Shown here piece by piece: positions 12,991 through 28,450 of a DNA stretch of 64,000 nucleotides. The position numbers were made by a program, and so were the translations under genes. The notes beneath the pieces are model-generated. The model was given only the letters and a program-made list of their open reading frames with translations, was not told where the DNA came from and did no database searches. The stretch spans positions 2,449,438 to 2,513,437 of the forward strand of contig NC_083427.1 in NCBI RefSeq assembly GCF_020745735.1. Reading direction: 5' to 3'. Every line of letters starts with the position of its first letter. Positions within the stretch are counted from its first letter, which is position 1. The stretch comes from Hemiscyllium ocellatum (Eukaryota).

Positions 12991-13659
12991 CCATCAATTC
13001 AAAATCGACAGGGTTTGGGTTCGCTGAATAAAATACCAGCGCCTTATTTTCTATATTGAGCCTAGAAAGATTGTGTTTCTCGCAAATTTACAGAATAATT
13101 TGCTTACTCCCTTTTATTCAGATACAATTCTGTTTGAGAATTTTGCACAAGAAATTCAAAGCTTCAAATTAAGTGAATAGATGCCGTGTAAATGCTCCAA
13201 AATGGTGCTCTTCCTTTCCATATTAAATACAACACAAGATAATAATAGCCAGGCAGCATACCGCTGAGATTATTTATTGGAAGTTATTTCCTCAAACATA
13301 TATATTTTAAAAATAAACAATGTGTAATAGCTGCTTCCAAATTTACAAAGGGAAGACTCATTATACACGTAAAGAAAGATCCAATCGTCAAGATATTCAG
13401 ATGTATATTCTATCAAATGTATTCATGGATTATGGTTTAAAGAAAGCATAGATAACGAGAAAACTATACATATGAAGATATATGAAGGTTGATTAATTTA
13501 CTGCTGTGCTTGGTAGATAAATATGATGTTCATTCACTGTCAGTTGGATAGTTACAGATATAAAAACAGTTGAAAATGTAGGTACAGAGAAATAAAATTG
13601 AGAAGATCGCGATGTGTTAGCTGAGAGATAAACTTATTAAAACAAAACATGCACAGTAA

Positions 13660-14897
13660 TTAGTTAGAGTCCTTTGAAGAACTGACCAAGAGGATTGTCT
13701 AAGGCAAGGTGGAAGACATAATCTATTTGGATTTCAAAAAGACCTTTGATCCGTGGTAGGCTGCTCTGAAAGGTTACATCGCATGAAATCCGGGGGAGTT
13801 CGCAAATTGGATAAACAACTGACTTGAGTTTTGGAAGCAGAAAGTAATAGGGGAAGAATGCTTGTCGGACTAGATGCCTGTCACTAGTGGACTGCCACAG
13901 GGGTCCGTGTTGGGTCCATTCCTGTTTTTTGGCTGTGCTTTGGATGAGAATGTACAAGGCATGATTAACAATCTTGCAGACGAAACTAAAATAAGAGATA
14001 TCATGGACAGTGAGGAAGTTTATCAGAAATTGCAGTAGGATAACGGTCAGCTGGGGAAGTGAGCTGAGGCATGGCATACGAAGATTAAAATAGGGAAGTA
14101 TAAGGTCTTGCGTTTTGAAAAGCCGAATGAAGGTAGGTGTTTCATGATGAATGTTAGGGCTTCGAGAGTGTAGAGGAACAGAAGAATCTTGGCGTTCAGG
14201 GGCACAGCTGTATGAAAATTGAATCACAGCTACACTGGGCAGGGAAGCAGGCTTGTGGGACCCTAGCCTTCATCAGTCAGGGAATACAGTATAGAAGTTG
14301 GGAAGTTATGTTATAGTTGTACCGGACGCTGATAAGGCCGCACTTGGATTTTGTATTCAGCTGTGGTCATCTTGCTCTAGGAAGGATGCTATTAAACTGA
14401 AAAGATTGCGGATGAAAATTACAAGGATGTGCCAGGACTCATCAGTCTGAGTTATTGGGAGAAATTGCACAAATTCGGACGTTTCTTTTTAGCGTAGAGA
14501 CAGAGGTGGTATCTTATAGATGTGTATAAGGTAACCAGAGGCATGGAGTAGAGTGAATGCACTCAGTTTTTATTTTCAGAGTTTGTAAATCAAGGACTAG
14601 AGGGCATCAGTCTAAAGTTAAAATGGAAAGAATGAAAGCGAAACTGAGGGGCAACTTTCTTTAAACAGAGAGTGGTATCAATAAGCTGCCATCGGAAGTG
14701 TTTGAGGCAGCTCATTCCTAATAAAGTTTAAAACGCCATTGGACAAATACGTGGACAGGGAAAGGTTTAGAAGGATATGGGCTAAGTGCAGGGAAATTGA
14801 ACTAATGTGGGTGGGCATTATGGTCGGCGTGGACCAGTTTGAAGCAAAAGGGCTTGCCTTCGTGCTGTATGACTCTGTAACTCTATGACTCTATGAC
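13660..14897 (+). mobile_element. CR1-like LINE RT-3' fragment
   Basis: DIIYLDFKKTFD-like and GLPQGSVLGPFLF-like RT motifs (13715-13930); (ACTCTATG)n tail at ~14870-14897. Confidence 0.88.
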
Positions 14898-15379
14898 AAG
14901 GAGAAAGACAGATAAAGACGGAGTGAGAGGAAGAATATGTGGAACATGCAATAAAGGCTTCAGCAGTAAATGCTAAACGTTAAGTATTGATGTGTGATAA
15001 AATCCTTGGTAGATCCATATTTATTTGCAGTTCATGTTTCGATGCCAAGGTGTTTTCTCACATGAGGCTTTGAAGGATCTTCAGGCAACAAATGCAGTTT
15101 GGAAAATGTATAGGATCGCTTATTCTAAATGTTCAATGGCGACCCCGTGCCCAATACCTTCCTGAAGTAGAGAGCCAACTGTGTGTCTTGAGAAAGGGCT
15201 CATTAAACATTCATACTCTCTGATGTAAAAGATATTGAATATTTGAATAGAAGAGTGAATGTTAATTAACATTCATGAAAGACACTGAAGCAACAATGGG
15301 AGCAAATAATGAATTCAAGTATGCCCTATATAGAATGATCCAAACTGACAGACAATATACGTTCCATTCTCTCTGATCG

Positions 15380-16470
15380 AGGTGGGTGTAAATGAGATTT
15401 TTGTTGAACCGCCTGGGCTCGTGGTTGACATGCTGAAAGATTTCATAAATAATCGAAAGATTGGTGTCAGGCTACACAATTGGTTTGATGGTAGCATGCA
15501 GTAGTTGATATTGAAACGATAATTCGTGGTTAGGGGACCTGTGGCGAGTGCAGTGGCGCTGGGTACATCACTGTTTGTTTAGTCGAGTATATACAAGACA
15601 TAATTAGTAAGTTTCCAGATGACACAAAACATGACATATTGTGGACAGTGGAGAAGGTTTTCAGAAATTACATCAAGGTCTTGAGCAGCTGAGGAGGTTG
15701 GGCAATAAATTAAAAATGCAAATTAATATAGATAACTGTGAGATCTTGCATTTTGGAAAGTGAAGTCAATGTAGGAGTTTCCTGGTGAATGATAGAGTCT
15801 TAAAGAGTGTCATGTAACAGGATGAACTTGCGGAGTTCAGGTGCACGGCCTTCAGAAGTCAGGAAATTCAGAGTAGAACTTGGGAAGTTATGTTGCAATT
15901 ATGCAGAATGTAGTTGAGCCGCCATTTGAAGTACTGAGTTCAGTTTGGGCCACCTTGCCATTGGAAGAATATGAACAAACTGGAAAAAGTGCAGAGCAAA
16001 TTTACAAGGCTGTTACCACAACACAGCGGTCTGATTTAGAGGGACATATTGCACATACTAGGACTTTTGATATCATTAGAGCATATGAGACTAAAAACGG
16101 AACTTACAGAAGTGCATACGATTAAGAAAAGCATGGATAAGGTGAATGCACTTATTGTTTTATCCCAGGTTTTTGAATTAGGGATTAGGTAACGTCAGTA
16201 TAAGGTTTGAGGAAAAACAATACAAATGAACCTGATGGGCAACGATTTTTACACATAGAGTGGTATGTATGTGGAATGAGTTGCCAGCAGAAGCATTTGA
16301 GGTGGGTATACTGAAAACATTTAAAAGGCAATTGGACAAATACACGTCTAAGAAAGATGGAGGATGATATTTGCAAAGTGCAGGGAAAGGGGGGTTAGCG
16401 TGGATGGACATTTTGGTCGGCAACATCCAGTTTGTGCCAACAGACTTGTCTCCTTGCTCTCAGAGTCTTT
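15380..16470 (+). mobile_element. CR1-like LINE fragment, decayed
   Basis: FADDTK-like (tttccagatgacacaaaac) and MLQLY...PPFEYxVQFW-like segments; 3' end similar to the other copies. Confidence 0.8.
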
Positions 16471-18399
16471 GTCTCTCTCAAGCCATGTTACCGCACATTC
16501 AATGCATATCCGTAACCAAGCACCTTTAAACAATAAATGCACCATTAAATTATTGTAAGGTACGATCTCCATTCAGAATGCTAAACCACTGAATATGTAT
16601 GTTTTGTATTCATTCTCAAGTTTCAGATGTTCGTTTAGGTTTTTGCTATTTTCTCTCCTTACTATCGTTTGCAGCCGCGATGTGACCACTGTTGGAGTGT
16701 AGGGAGTATTGAAATTTTCTATTCTACCATGATTTAACGCTTTAGGAAGGTTACCACATGAGCTGTCCATCAGATACATGAAACAACTCAATTAGGCTGA
16801 ACGTTGCCAAGTACAGTTAAACAAGAACGTCAGGCGAAATTACTACATGGAAAGATATGAACCATAGCGTCACAGAATGATTACTGTGCAGGAAAATGCC
16901 GTTAGGCCCAAATGACTTGCACAGGCTGGATCAGCCAGTGCGAACTTCATGCGAATTTAAAAGAAAACTGCACACCACCCAACAAAAAAATACATCCACT
17001 GGCCTTTTGCTAGAAAAAAAATTCCATCTGCTGTTACCTTGCAGTGTGGATGAAGTTTTTCTTTCTCACTGTTAAACACCGAAACACAATGCGACACGTT
17101 AAAATGTCTTCTTCAGATTTAAACCGCATTATTAAAGAGGGCTCAGATACGGGGTGCTGCTAGAAGTTTGTATTCTTATTCTGAAAAAGCTTGCCTCTGT
17201 TTTATTAACATCTCAAGCTGTGCTACGGCCCAAAGACAATTACATAATTTTTGTCAGGCAGATGAACTTTGTCATTGATAATTCATCACTAGTCCACAAA
17301 CCCATCAACTTCATTTGAAAACAGCTCCTGGGATCCAGTTCGTTTGCACTTTATTGCGACACACAGCGATACAAACTATGTTCACTTTTCAAAATATGTA
17401 GCCATTCTTCTAAAACCCGAAGTTTCAGGCAGTTTTTTTTTGTTGTTGTTCTAGTCCATATTTTAAGCATCTCAAGCAAATGAGAAGACATGGTCATTTT
17501 GTTGCAAAATTCTGTAGATTGCCAAATCCATGATCCTTATTATTCTCGAGAACTTTGCACAACGAATGTTGATACAGAGGCTTTTACCCTCTGTTGATAA
17601 TCTACACATTCTCTTGAGTCGTCCAGTCAATGTTTATCGGTACTGATGGACACCTTGACTCATGACTCTCCGTCTTTCCAACTCAGAGAGATTATCTACA
17701 TTCTCATTTCTGTACGTTTGTCAATATTCATCTTGGAACTATCACTGCACAGACCAGGCACTCGAACATTTCCATGAGGACATATACGTGCATTGACAGA
17801 TGTTTTACACTCGGTTTTAATTTGCCTCCAAAGATTTACTAACGCCACTGTTGGTTTCTGTGAGCATCTCTGTTTAGAAGACGTAAGTAGACATTTTCAA
17901 TTCTGCCAGAACATTCCCGCGAATAATTTCTATGTGACTTCTTGTCTCTCAGGCCTCTCTTCTATGACTAGTGTCTGTCAGTTCGCCTTGCTCAGAGTAA
18001 TATTACGTGCCTTCGTTTTTCATTTCTCACTGAGGCTTGACTTATGAAAACTGGTATGTGTTTCTGAGTTTCACAATTCAGTGAACAATCAATGCAAAGA
18101 TAGACATGCCTTCGTTGTTAACCAGCAGCATCGTGTTTGCACAATGATTAACGCCGACCAGTCTTTTGCTCTCGAGGGAGCAATTTAATTACTTTTTGTT
18201 GCCTTTTGGTCTTTTTGCCTCAGAGGAATTATATGCAATTATTGGTGGCATCTTAATTTCGTGGACTGACGGACCTGTTCCTAAATTTTGTTCGTTCTAT
18301 CTCTGCCTGATTGATAACTTTACACTAAACAATCGTCAATGGTAACCCCTGTTCTTTTATGGTGCGTGTTTCAGCGACGGTAACACAATTGAATGACAA

Positions 18400-19330
18400 A
18401 TGCCAGAGTTAAATTGCCTCTTATTGGAGATGGTCATCACCAGGCAGTTTTGAATCGCAAATCCTTCCATCCATTTTTCCAACTAACTCAGCATAGTGAA
18501 AATATCTTGTGGTGCTGGACTTCAATATCTGCGGAGTTGTGAATTGTACTGAACATTGTGGAAGCTTCAGCAAACGTCTCCAGGTCTGAGCTTACAATGG
18601 AGGGAATGTCATTTATGAAGCTGTGGAAGATAATTATCTCTAAGACACTACCTTAAGGACACTCTGCTGTGTTGTACTGGAGCACAGGTAACTGACCTCC
18701 AATAACTACAATCACCCTCTTTTGTACCATGCATGGTCTCTAACCACTGAAGCTTTATCGCTCTCACTCATGTGGAATTCTGTTTTCCTCAGAACATTGA
18801 TGCCGCACTCGGGCAAATGCAACTGGGATATTAAGGACTATCAGTTTCAGCTCACCTCTGGATTTCTGTTGTTTTGTCCAGTTTCAACCAAGCTGTGATG
18901 AGTTTTGGCATTGTGTTACACTGTCAGAACCTAAGCCGGACATCATTGAGCAGGTTATCGCTGAGTAGGATGTTGCATTTTTGTCATGGTTTTGGCACTT
19001 TACAACACTTTATTGATGAAATAGGGTAGATTGGTGGGGTGGCAACTGGTTAGGTTAGGTTTGGCCTACTTTTTGTTTGGTGGTTAGTTTCCAAATTGTC
19101 AGGTAAATGCCAGTGTTGTAGCTGCACTGAAACAGTTTGCCACAGGGTGTGGCAAATTCTGGAGCAGAAGTCTTCAATGCTATTGTTGAAGCACTGTCAG
19201 GAACCGCAACCCTTGCAGTTTTCAGTGGCCATTAAATGTTTCTTGTTAACACATGGAGTGAACTGATCTGATTTACGAAAGACATCTGTGATCATGTTGT
19301 GCTCTGGAGTAGCTGTGGACATTCACCATT
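18400..19330 (-). mobile_element. L2/Crack-like LINE RT fragment
   Basis: The reverse complement reads ttggaggtcagttacctgtgctccag...gagtgtccttaaggtagtgtcttagag (PQGSVLG-like) and gtttgctgaagc (FADD-like). Related pieces lie at 8500-8900, 20550-20700 and 45780-46820. Confidence 0.7.
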
Positions 19331-22300
19331 TAGATTTCCTCACAGGCCATGCCGACAGTTATCTGCTCCTCCATTCTGTTTGGTCCTCAATAATTTCTCA
19401 AACCAGCACTGGATATGAAACCCTTTGTGCATTCTAAGGTACTTCCTGTACTATTTTGCGGCCTTCTCTCACCCCTGATCAGTGATTTAATTCAGTTCGA
19501 CCTAATCGCATTTGTCTTGAAATGCGTGTTGGATATTAGTCAGTAATATTGTGGGACTAAGTGTCGAATATAGAGTGATAGATTCATACAGCACAGAAAC
19601 AACTAGTTCATGCCAATCACGAGCTTATGCAATGATCGTTTAAACATTGCAATTTTCAAACATTCAAACAGATTGGAAATATAGTTCTTGCTCGTTGCTG
19701 AAGGACTGCGTCCTTCAACTGAACTCTCGTCCTTGGTCACAAGGGTACACTTCAGCCAAAGGCCAAAGCTGATACCATATACTTGAAGACACTTACCACC
19801 ATTTATTCCTCAGGTCGATTACTCCGTACTCTGGAAATATCTTCTTCTAAACCTTTACCACTGTCTCTGTCCATCACGCCTCAGTGCAATCTGGACTTTA
19901 ATAAATTCACATATTCGTACAGCAACATTTAATAATTGCCCTCATCATTATTCTCGCAATGCAACAGATCAGGTGTCATGGCACACTGAAATATTCATCC
20001 GATGTCTCTCATTCAAGCCCAGAATCATCATGCAACATATATCAATGCACAGTTAGATTTCCTTAAACCATTGTTTACATTTATTATTTACCATGTTGTC
20101 AACCTGGAAGGCAAACACATGTTAATCAAATTTTTCATGCTACCTTGCATCATTTCAATCGCAGTTGACCTTTATTTATAGGTCTAGCAATTTCTGTTTA
20201 ATGCAAGATAAATCTTCATCCATGTCTTTCTTTCTGTTATTCTGTCGCGTAGCCTCTTTACATCTCTACACAAATTTATGTAATGGTGAGATATCTACTT
20301 AATCTATCTAGATGATTATTCTTTTAATGATTTGTGCAGTTAAGTTTCCCTCCAGTCATGTGTCTATATCCAGAAAAGTCCCATTTTCTGTCTGAAATGG
20401 AAGAAGTCTGTTTCAAACTGCGATAATTCATTTCAATTTATTCAGGAATTTCGATAAGATGATCTATGGAGCATGTACACAGAACAATGCATACACACAT
20501 GAGCAAAACACACACACAGACAGAGTGGGCAATCGGTGATAGAGATGACATTGCATCTCGGGGTGATTGTGAGGATGTATCTTCCTGGAAATGGTCATTG
20601 CCTGACTTTCGTGGCATGATTCAACATTACCACTTGTCAGCCCAAGCCTGGATTCTATCCAAGTATCATTGCATTTTGTATCTGGACTGCTGATGCTGAG
20701 CATCGTCGAGTTTGTTACTTTGTCATAACAGTCAATCTCATGAGGTCTGGGGAAATAACAGTTGACTCTATATGACGTGTCAGCATGTTAACATCGAATC
20801 GACTGGAAATTCCTGCACGAATATAACTTATTAATCTTTATTGAAATCCTGTTGTCATAAAAGACAACTGTTAAGACGCTGAATGTTACCAATGAAGCGC
20901 ACTACCAACCTTTTACACCCACTCCACTCCCACATCATCAAACGGAGGCTGATTTTTCTGTTCGCAAACTGCATGTATGCAATGACACCTGAAGGTTGAA
21001 GTAACATAAAGCTTGTGCATACCAGGCAAAGATTTTCTATCATTTAGTGTGAGTGGGGGAACCGTTCTGGTACCTGATTACAATCTTGGAAAGCAAATAA
21101 CACGCCATAAAACATCGTGCCATATTTGGCCTTGGTCAGAGCAAGTTACCTCGATTTTGACGAGAGAGCATGTTAAATACATTTTCGTATTGTGCCTGGA
21201 ATTTTGTTTGTGGTGTCATCTGTTGAGGCACTACTGACAGAACCACAATCGCTCGAAATGTTCTTAGTACAATCGTTTTATTATGGGTGGTGCGATTTTT
21301 AAGAACTGGAAAAGGAATGGAAGAATTCATTGCGACTGATTTGGCAGGAAAGATTAAATGTATTTCAAAATATTGGCGGTGTATTAATTTGCGTATCATG
21401 AATAGTCTGTAATTTCTGACAGCTCTGCCTTTGTACTTTCACTAATTTCAGCGTTAGACTATGTGGTGATGAATGCGCTGAACAACAAGGGGAGAAGTGT
21501 GAGATTTCTGAGAGGTAATTTGTTGTGCAAGAGAAGCCAAATGCAGATTTCATCCTCCCGCTTTTGGGTCCAAACCATGCTTTGTAAAGACAGAGAAGTG
21601 CAACGGAGAGCAATGATTTATGAAGGGACATGTCAAAGTATGAGATGCAGCATGGGAATAGTTGGCAGTCCGCCTGTCTGTAAAGGAAATGAATGTATGG
21701 TGCAAATTTAACAACAATATGTTGTTAAATATGCAATGTTCAGGGCAGTTGCAAAGAAAATGTTATTTACGACATTCACAGTAGTAAAAGAAATCACTTA
21801 AATAATATGATTTTCTCTCTCCCAGCCCATGTCAATGTGCAAATGATCCCAAGCAGTTCTCTATCAATTATAATCAAACACCATTTTAACCATGTCCGCC
21901 GAGTGGACTGTATAATTCAGAAATTAAAGGTACATTGCTATCTTTCCTGATCCAATAAAAATGCCTTCCTTCATTACCCTTTGTCAATTAAAACTAACTC
22001 AGACGTGCAGAGCTCCTATTCTGCATTATAGCTATACGTAATTCCTCTCTTCCCTTTACGTTACATCAAACCTAAAATAATCGAACAGGGACTCTAGAAG
22101 CCTTTCAGCCTGTATAATTCTCGTGGAAACGAAACTCTGCATTTGGTGTGAGAAATTGGCGTAATACTATGGTTTGAATACTCCAGTGCAATAAGAAAGG
22201 AGGGCCTACCATCCCTTCGCCCCACAGCCCTGAATCATAATTGTACGAATTGCAAAACCTCACTCTCTCGTATAGCTCTTCAGGAATGTTCACTTTTATT

Positions 22301-22639
22301 TTACAATGAAACTAGTGTCATCTCAGTCAATATAGCTGTGTATCCATTTAAGACTCGTCCTTCATCTTTCTGCTTCTCTATCAACAAGGATGAATCCAAA
22401 ATCGAATTTTTATCTCATGTCAAGTGTACATCTTTGGACCAAAATATAATGCAGCATCACATTCTCTTATAGAATATAAATTCCAATCATTGTGGTGTTG
22501 CTCCAAAACCCAAGATGAAATTGTTAACAAGGAAAAAGATATATAACTTTTCGACTTTGACATGCTGAATATTGAACAAAATGGTTTGGCAATCAGAGTT
22601 AAAGCAAACAAAATGTGACCGATAGAACGCATATAACAT

Positions 22640-24920
22640 AAAGGGATAAAGAATCCAAAAAGCAGCAGGTCTCAATAGTAGGAAGAAAATAGTTGGACAT
22701 TTGTTCCCGGGTTAATAGGACTGTGCAACTTGGAAGATTGAAAGAAAACTGGGCCTGAATTTTTTGGAGTTTCCATGAATGAGAGGTGATCTGCTCAAAC
22801 CTGACAAAATACTTAAAGAAATAGACAGAGCAGGTGCTGGTAATGTGTTCTCCCCTAAATTGTGGAGTTTAGAATCACCTGCATAATTTAAAAATAAGGG
22901 AGCTGTGGCTTTGAGACAAAATGCTACGAATCATTTCTTCTTTCAATGGTCGTGAATCTTTGGAAATTAATACTAAAGACAGAAAAGGAAGTTTCGTTTT
23001 TGATAGTAATTAAAGTAAGCATTGATTGATTTCTGATTGCTATTGGTGTTACATTTTATTGGAATATTGTGGCTTTGAATATGCCGTCAGGCACGATCAA
23101 ATGTCATTGTGTAACAACTGCAGCCAGTTGAATGGCTTACTCTATTGTTATGTTTCTAAATAATTTCTACTCAGCCAAGTCTTTTAAAAGTGGATACGGG
23201 CAAGAATGTAAGAAACATTTATCCTCACGCAATACAAACATGACGAAATGGCACTGTCTGCTCTTTAGTGCCCAATCATAATAATTTGTGCATAATGTGA
23301 TGAACCCTTGTTACATTAGAGAAGACCCGGAGAAATAAATAGGAATGCCTTGACAAAAGTATCCTTCCTGCAGAGGAAGAGATGCTAGACATAGGAAAAT
23401 GCGTAAATCTGGATAAATCCCTTGGAACTGGACAGGTAACTTTCAGAATTTTGGGAAGCTATGGAAGGTAGTGCTGAATTCTTTGCTAACATATTTGTAA
23501 TACTGATCGCCATGGGTGATGTACTGGAAGCTTCGAGCGTGTTTGATGTGAAGCTATTATTCAGAAAGTTCGGAAGTAAAAGTCGGTGAGTCTGACGTCA
23601 GTGGTGATTAAGTTGATGGAGGGGATTCTGAAAGACAGGATTTTCATGCATATTTGGAAAGGCAAAGACTAATTAGGGATAATCATCATGGCTTTGTGCG
23701 TGGGCAATCCTATCTCACTGATATTATTGAGTTTTTGGAAGAGATGAAAAGGACAACTGATGAAGGCTGAGCAGTGGAAGATGTCCATGTGGACTTGAAC
23801 AAGGCGTTCCACAAAGTTCTGCACAGTAGATTATTTAGAAAGGTTAAAACATATGGAAAGCAGATGGAGCTAACTGTTGGATACAAAACTGGCTTCAGGC
23901 TAGGGGACAGAGCATGATGGTAGGATATTGGTTTTATGACAGAGCCTCGTGATCAATGGTGTGTCACAAGTGTTAATAGTGTATCCAGTGCTTTCTGTTA
24001 TCGAAATAAATGTTTTTGGATTTGCATTGGCAGGAAAGATGTTATCAAAATTTCTGATGTTTTGGACAGTGAAGTAGATGATCTCACAGTGTAATGTCAT
24101 CTTGATCAGATGGGCCAATAGGCCAACGGGGCCAAGAAGCGAGATGGGATTTAATTGATTTAAATATAATTGCATACATTTCGGAACGGTAAATCAGGAC
24201 AGGATATGTACACATAATTGTTGCCGAACAAAGAGATCTTAGAGTTCAGTTTCGTACTTCCTTGAAGGTGGAGTTGCAGGTTAATAATGCATACGTTTGC
24301 TTGGCTTGCCTTTATTGGTCAGGGTGTTGATTCTTTGCGTTGGGATGTCATGTTACAGCTGCACAGGACATTGGTTTTGACAATTATGGAAAACGTGTTC
24401 AATGTTTGTATCCCTGTTTTTGGAAAGATGTTGTTAAATGTGGAAGAGTGCAGAAAATATTTACAGGGATGTTTCTGGGATTGAAGGTTTAGAGCTACAA
24501 GGGGAGAGTGAATAAATTGGGATTGCATTCCCTCGGAATCAGCACCATATGGGTGGCCTTCTTGATGTTTATGAAATCATGATGGGTGTGAATAAATTGA
24601 ATGGACAAGCTCTTTTCCTCGGATAGAAGAGTCCAAAAGTAGAGATCATAATTAAAGCTGAGTAGGGGAAGATTTAAATGGGACGTGAGGCCCAACTTTT
24701 TCACGTAGAGGGTGGTACATATGTGAAATTAGTTGCCAGAGGATGCTGTGGAGTCTGGTAAAATTACAACATTTAAAAGGCATTTTGACTGGTACGTGAG
24801 TAGAAGGGTTTTGAAGAATATGGTCCAAATGCTGAAATATTCGTGTAGACTAATTTGCAATATCTCAGTAGAAACGATTTGGACCAAAGGATCTGATAAT
24901 TGCTGTACACCTCGATGACT
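22640..24920 (+). mobile_element. Two decayed CR1-like LINE fragments (22640-23160 and 23340-24920)
   Basis: QHGFVRG (catggctttgtgcgtgg), DxxKAFxKV and MLQLHRTLV motifs; CR1 3' UTR similarity. Confidence 0.8.
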
Positions 24921-27449
24921 TTATTTTAAACTAAACTATGTCACGCCTTTATACAGTTGGTAAGGAACAATGTAATTTCCCACACGAGATCATTCTGATA
25001 TTCTGGGTACATTCAAAACAGAGGTCAACATATTTTCGGTTGTGTGAGAACAATGAAATATGTCGATGATTCAAAAAGCCAGTGTTGAAGTACCAGATCA
25101 GGGGTTGCTGTACTCAAAAGTGGAGAATGTTCGAGGGGTTGAATGATCCACCACTGTCCCGATTTCCTGAATTCATATCTTCTCAATTAAAGGTTTTCCA
25201 GATGAATCACGGAGGAATTCATGCTGAATTTGTATCTATGGAATTATGTGGAACTTTCTGAAGTTGACGAGAATTTAAGGAACCCTAATCATAACATTAT
25301 CCGGTGTTAAATTGCAATACACAATATGATTTCAAAGCTGAAGCCTTAAAATAATTCATACAACGGGGCTAGCATTAATGATTGAAAACAAGTCTTACCT
25401 GAGAGAATTAAAATGAATCATTTGGAGGCAAAAAAGTAAATAAACATGGAAGTCCTTCAAAGTGGACATTCAACTCAATAACAGAACTCAGAAAGGGATG
25501 CCTATCAAATCTAAGGATCACCAGATGGAAAGGTACTTGAAATGTAATATAAAAATGCGAATTAATGTAAAAATATAACACAGAATACAGAAGGGAATCA
25601 AAGTGAATGCAGTCAAGAAACGCAGATCTCAAATGTTTGACGAACTCGACTTCAATAATATGGCATGACAAAATCTGAGGTCTGAAGAAGCACAGATACA
25701 TTTTATTGAAAGAAATCAGAAAATTTCACAAGTTCCTGTTCAAGGGAAAAGCCAGCACTTGTAATGAATGAAAGGGGGATACTGATTGTTTGGCAAGTGG
25801 CTTTTGTTTGGTAGGTACAGAGGAACACATATTGATGCGGATTGACAATTAAAGACAAGGTTTTGCGAAATGTGAATCCCGTTTTTTGACTCTGATCATT
25901 CGGTTCATTGCCCCCAGCAATGAATAGCAAAAGATTGTCACATTTGACGAAGTAAAACACATTCAGTGCATACAGAAGACGTTTCTGTCCGCAAAGAATA
26001 ACCTTCTGTGTTTTGTTATACAGTGTCTCCAGCACACTTATATGTAAGAGAAAGTGAACACAACTAATCCTAAATTGGTTTTCAATGCAATTCATCAAAC
26101 ATTCAATGTTGCTTCAGCTGTTTATAATAAAGAACGTTATTGTATCCAAACGGACCGTGTTTGTGAAACTCGAAATACTGTTGCTGAGATCAGACGTTGT
26201 TCTGCCATTTCATAGTATTTTCTGGATAACTCAGAATGTGTGAAGAATTGCATTGGCAATCAATTTGGGATTGACGTCCGCTGCTCAAGGGCCTCCAGTC
26301 TGAATGGCAACATTTAACCGCCATCTAAAACACTGAATTTAGTCAAGGGGCGACTCGATATGGCACTTGAGGTAATTTCAATCAACGTTTATAGGGCGAA
26401 AGCAAGATTAGGCTGTTGAGGTGGATAATCAGCCATGATCATGATGAATGGCGGAGCAGGTTCGAAGTTCTTAAAGGCCTCCTCTTGTTCCTATCTTCTA
26501 TGTTTCTTTATTGCCAGTAGCGTGGTGCATGAACACATGCATTTTTTTCTATACTTTTCTTTCAACGTTATTCGAAAGATTGCACATCATGTTCATGTTG
26601 CTTTACTCACATGCAACTTGTGAGTACTCCAGTAGCAAGTTGTGAAATTAGACTTTTATTTTTTTTATTTAGAGTTCAATTTGATACAACGTTTTACCTG
26701 AACCTGGACGAATGTCTATTTATTTCTTCATTGAAAAACGCTTGTAATAAGCAGAAATCTGATGCCTTCGGGAGTCCCACTCATTTGTTAAACCGGGACG
26801 CAGATTTCTCCATAGTATCAGTTTGGTAACATTATACTTTCAGCAAACTCCCACTTTCCAGTTTCTACTGATGACTCAGAAAAAAAATCAAACTGTGTCA
26901 TGTATCCAAGAGGCCACCAAATCTTTCGTACTCGCCTTCCATCCAACGAGACACAAATCCCACAGTCTCCAGAGATATAAATCCAAAGTTCAATTATTTG
27001 ATGTAGAATCTCTTAGAAACTACAATAGAAACCCAAATTTGCAGGCATTTACAAATATACTTTTTTTAAAAATTCTTAAGTATTTACTGCACCTTGCATC
27101 TTGCATGATTGACGTTATTGGTTTCCTGGATACACATTACTGCTGACCTGTAATCATAACTCAAAGAGATATTTTCTGTGTTTTCTAGCTCTGGATGCCA
27201 CAAACCAACCCCTCAGATATGTGATCTGAGTATTGCCTAATACGCCCGAGCCAATGGCGGTGAGAATGAACACCAGACCTCCGAGTACAAAAACCTAAAT
27301 TACCTCTTTCACAGTGAATTAGCGCAAAAGCTCTCAGCTGCATTTAAGATCACCGTTGAATTTAGGCATCAATTTGACATCTCATTCAGCAATACCACGT
27401 AGTTTCTTGTGGTCAGCCAGCTCGTAACATTTGCATTAGAAGACTTGGC

Positions 27450-28450
27450 GCACTTAGAATAGTTAGGTGTACAGTGACCGTCCTTGCACAGAGAGCTTTT
27501 GCAAATGTTCAGGAAGATAAGTGCAAGAACCGTGGCGTTCAGTCAGAAGAAATGCTCAAATATGTTTTGAAATTACTTAGGAGGCAACAAAAAAATATTT
27601 GCGATGGCTTTACGATTGCTATAGTAGGTATTGACTTGCAAAAGATGTTTAATAAAGAAGTGTGGTGGGCTGAGTTATAGTTACCAGAATAAATGGGTTT
27701 GGGGCTGTTGATACAAAACTGACTAAGTGATGGGAAACAAATTAGACATGAATAGTTGTTTGTTAAGACAAGAAACAAAATGTTTGAACTTGATTCCATA
27801 TAGCCTATATTCATAGCACTTTTAAAATGATCTCAAACACCTAGATCCGAATTACATGATGACAATCCTTGCAAATGAAGTGGAAATTGAAATTATAGTG
27901 AACTATGAGGAGAATAATGCCTTCAAGACGACATATCAAGGCTTATGAAATAGGTGGCCAGGTAGTAGATGATATTTAAGGTAGCAAAGTGTCAATTGAT
28001 ACATTTTGGTTACAGGAACGAGCAGAGTTAACATGAACTAAATGATACAGTACTAAAGGGTGTGCAGGTCTCATCAGATTGGGGATATTGTGCACAATTT
28101 GTTTAAGTCATACTAAGCCCATTTAAAAAGAAACACATATAAATAAGGAACTAAGCTGTCTGAAAAGTTTACAAAACTTGACTCTCATTCGATAGAAGGA
28201 TCATGCTCAGGTCTGGCTACCACAGATTCAGATGGACGTGAGAACGTTGGAGGGAATGCATGAAAATGATTCCTGGGATCAACTAATTGGCTGAAGAAGG
28301 CAGATTGACGTAGTTGCGTTATTCTGCTGAAGCAAGTTAAGGGATTCCATGCAAGTCTTCTAAAATAATTTATGCTTCGGATTTAGTCGACAGGGAGAAA
28401 CTCATGGTTTTCAATGCAGAATAGCTAACTATCAGAAGAGATAGCATTTA
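27450..28450 (+). mobile_element. Highly decayed CR1-like LINE fragment
   Basis: Remnants resembling DFQKAFDKV and VKFADD, and atttttaaggtagcaaagtgtcaattgatacattttgg (FNxxKCxVxHFG). Confidence 0.55.

Noticed and set aside
21452-21514. 63-nt phase 1-1 exon-like segment (LDYVVMNALNNKGRSVRFLR)
   Set aside because: No recognisable homology; such AG/GT pairs are common by chance.
22170-22260. Minus-strand J-like LWGEGMVG with GGTTTTGCA...GGCTGTG upstream
   Set aside because: The spacer is 21 nt, the heptamer overlaps the W codon, and there is no TxVTV or splice donor.
27250-27296. Perfect RSS nonamer ACAAAAACC
   Set aside because: No CAC-starting heptamer at 12 or 22/23 nt, and no V or D coding segment upstream.
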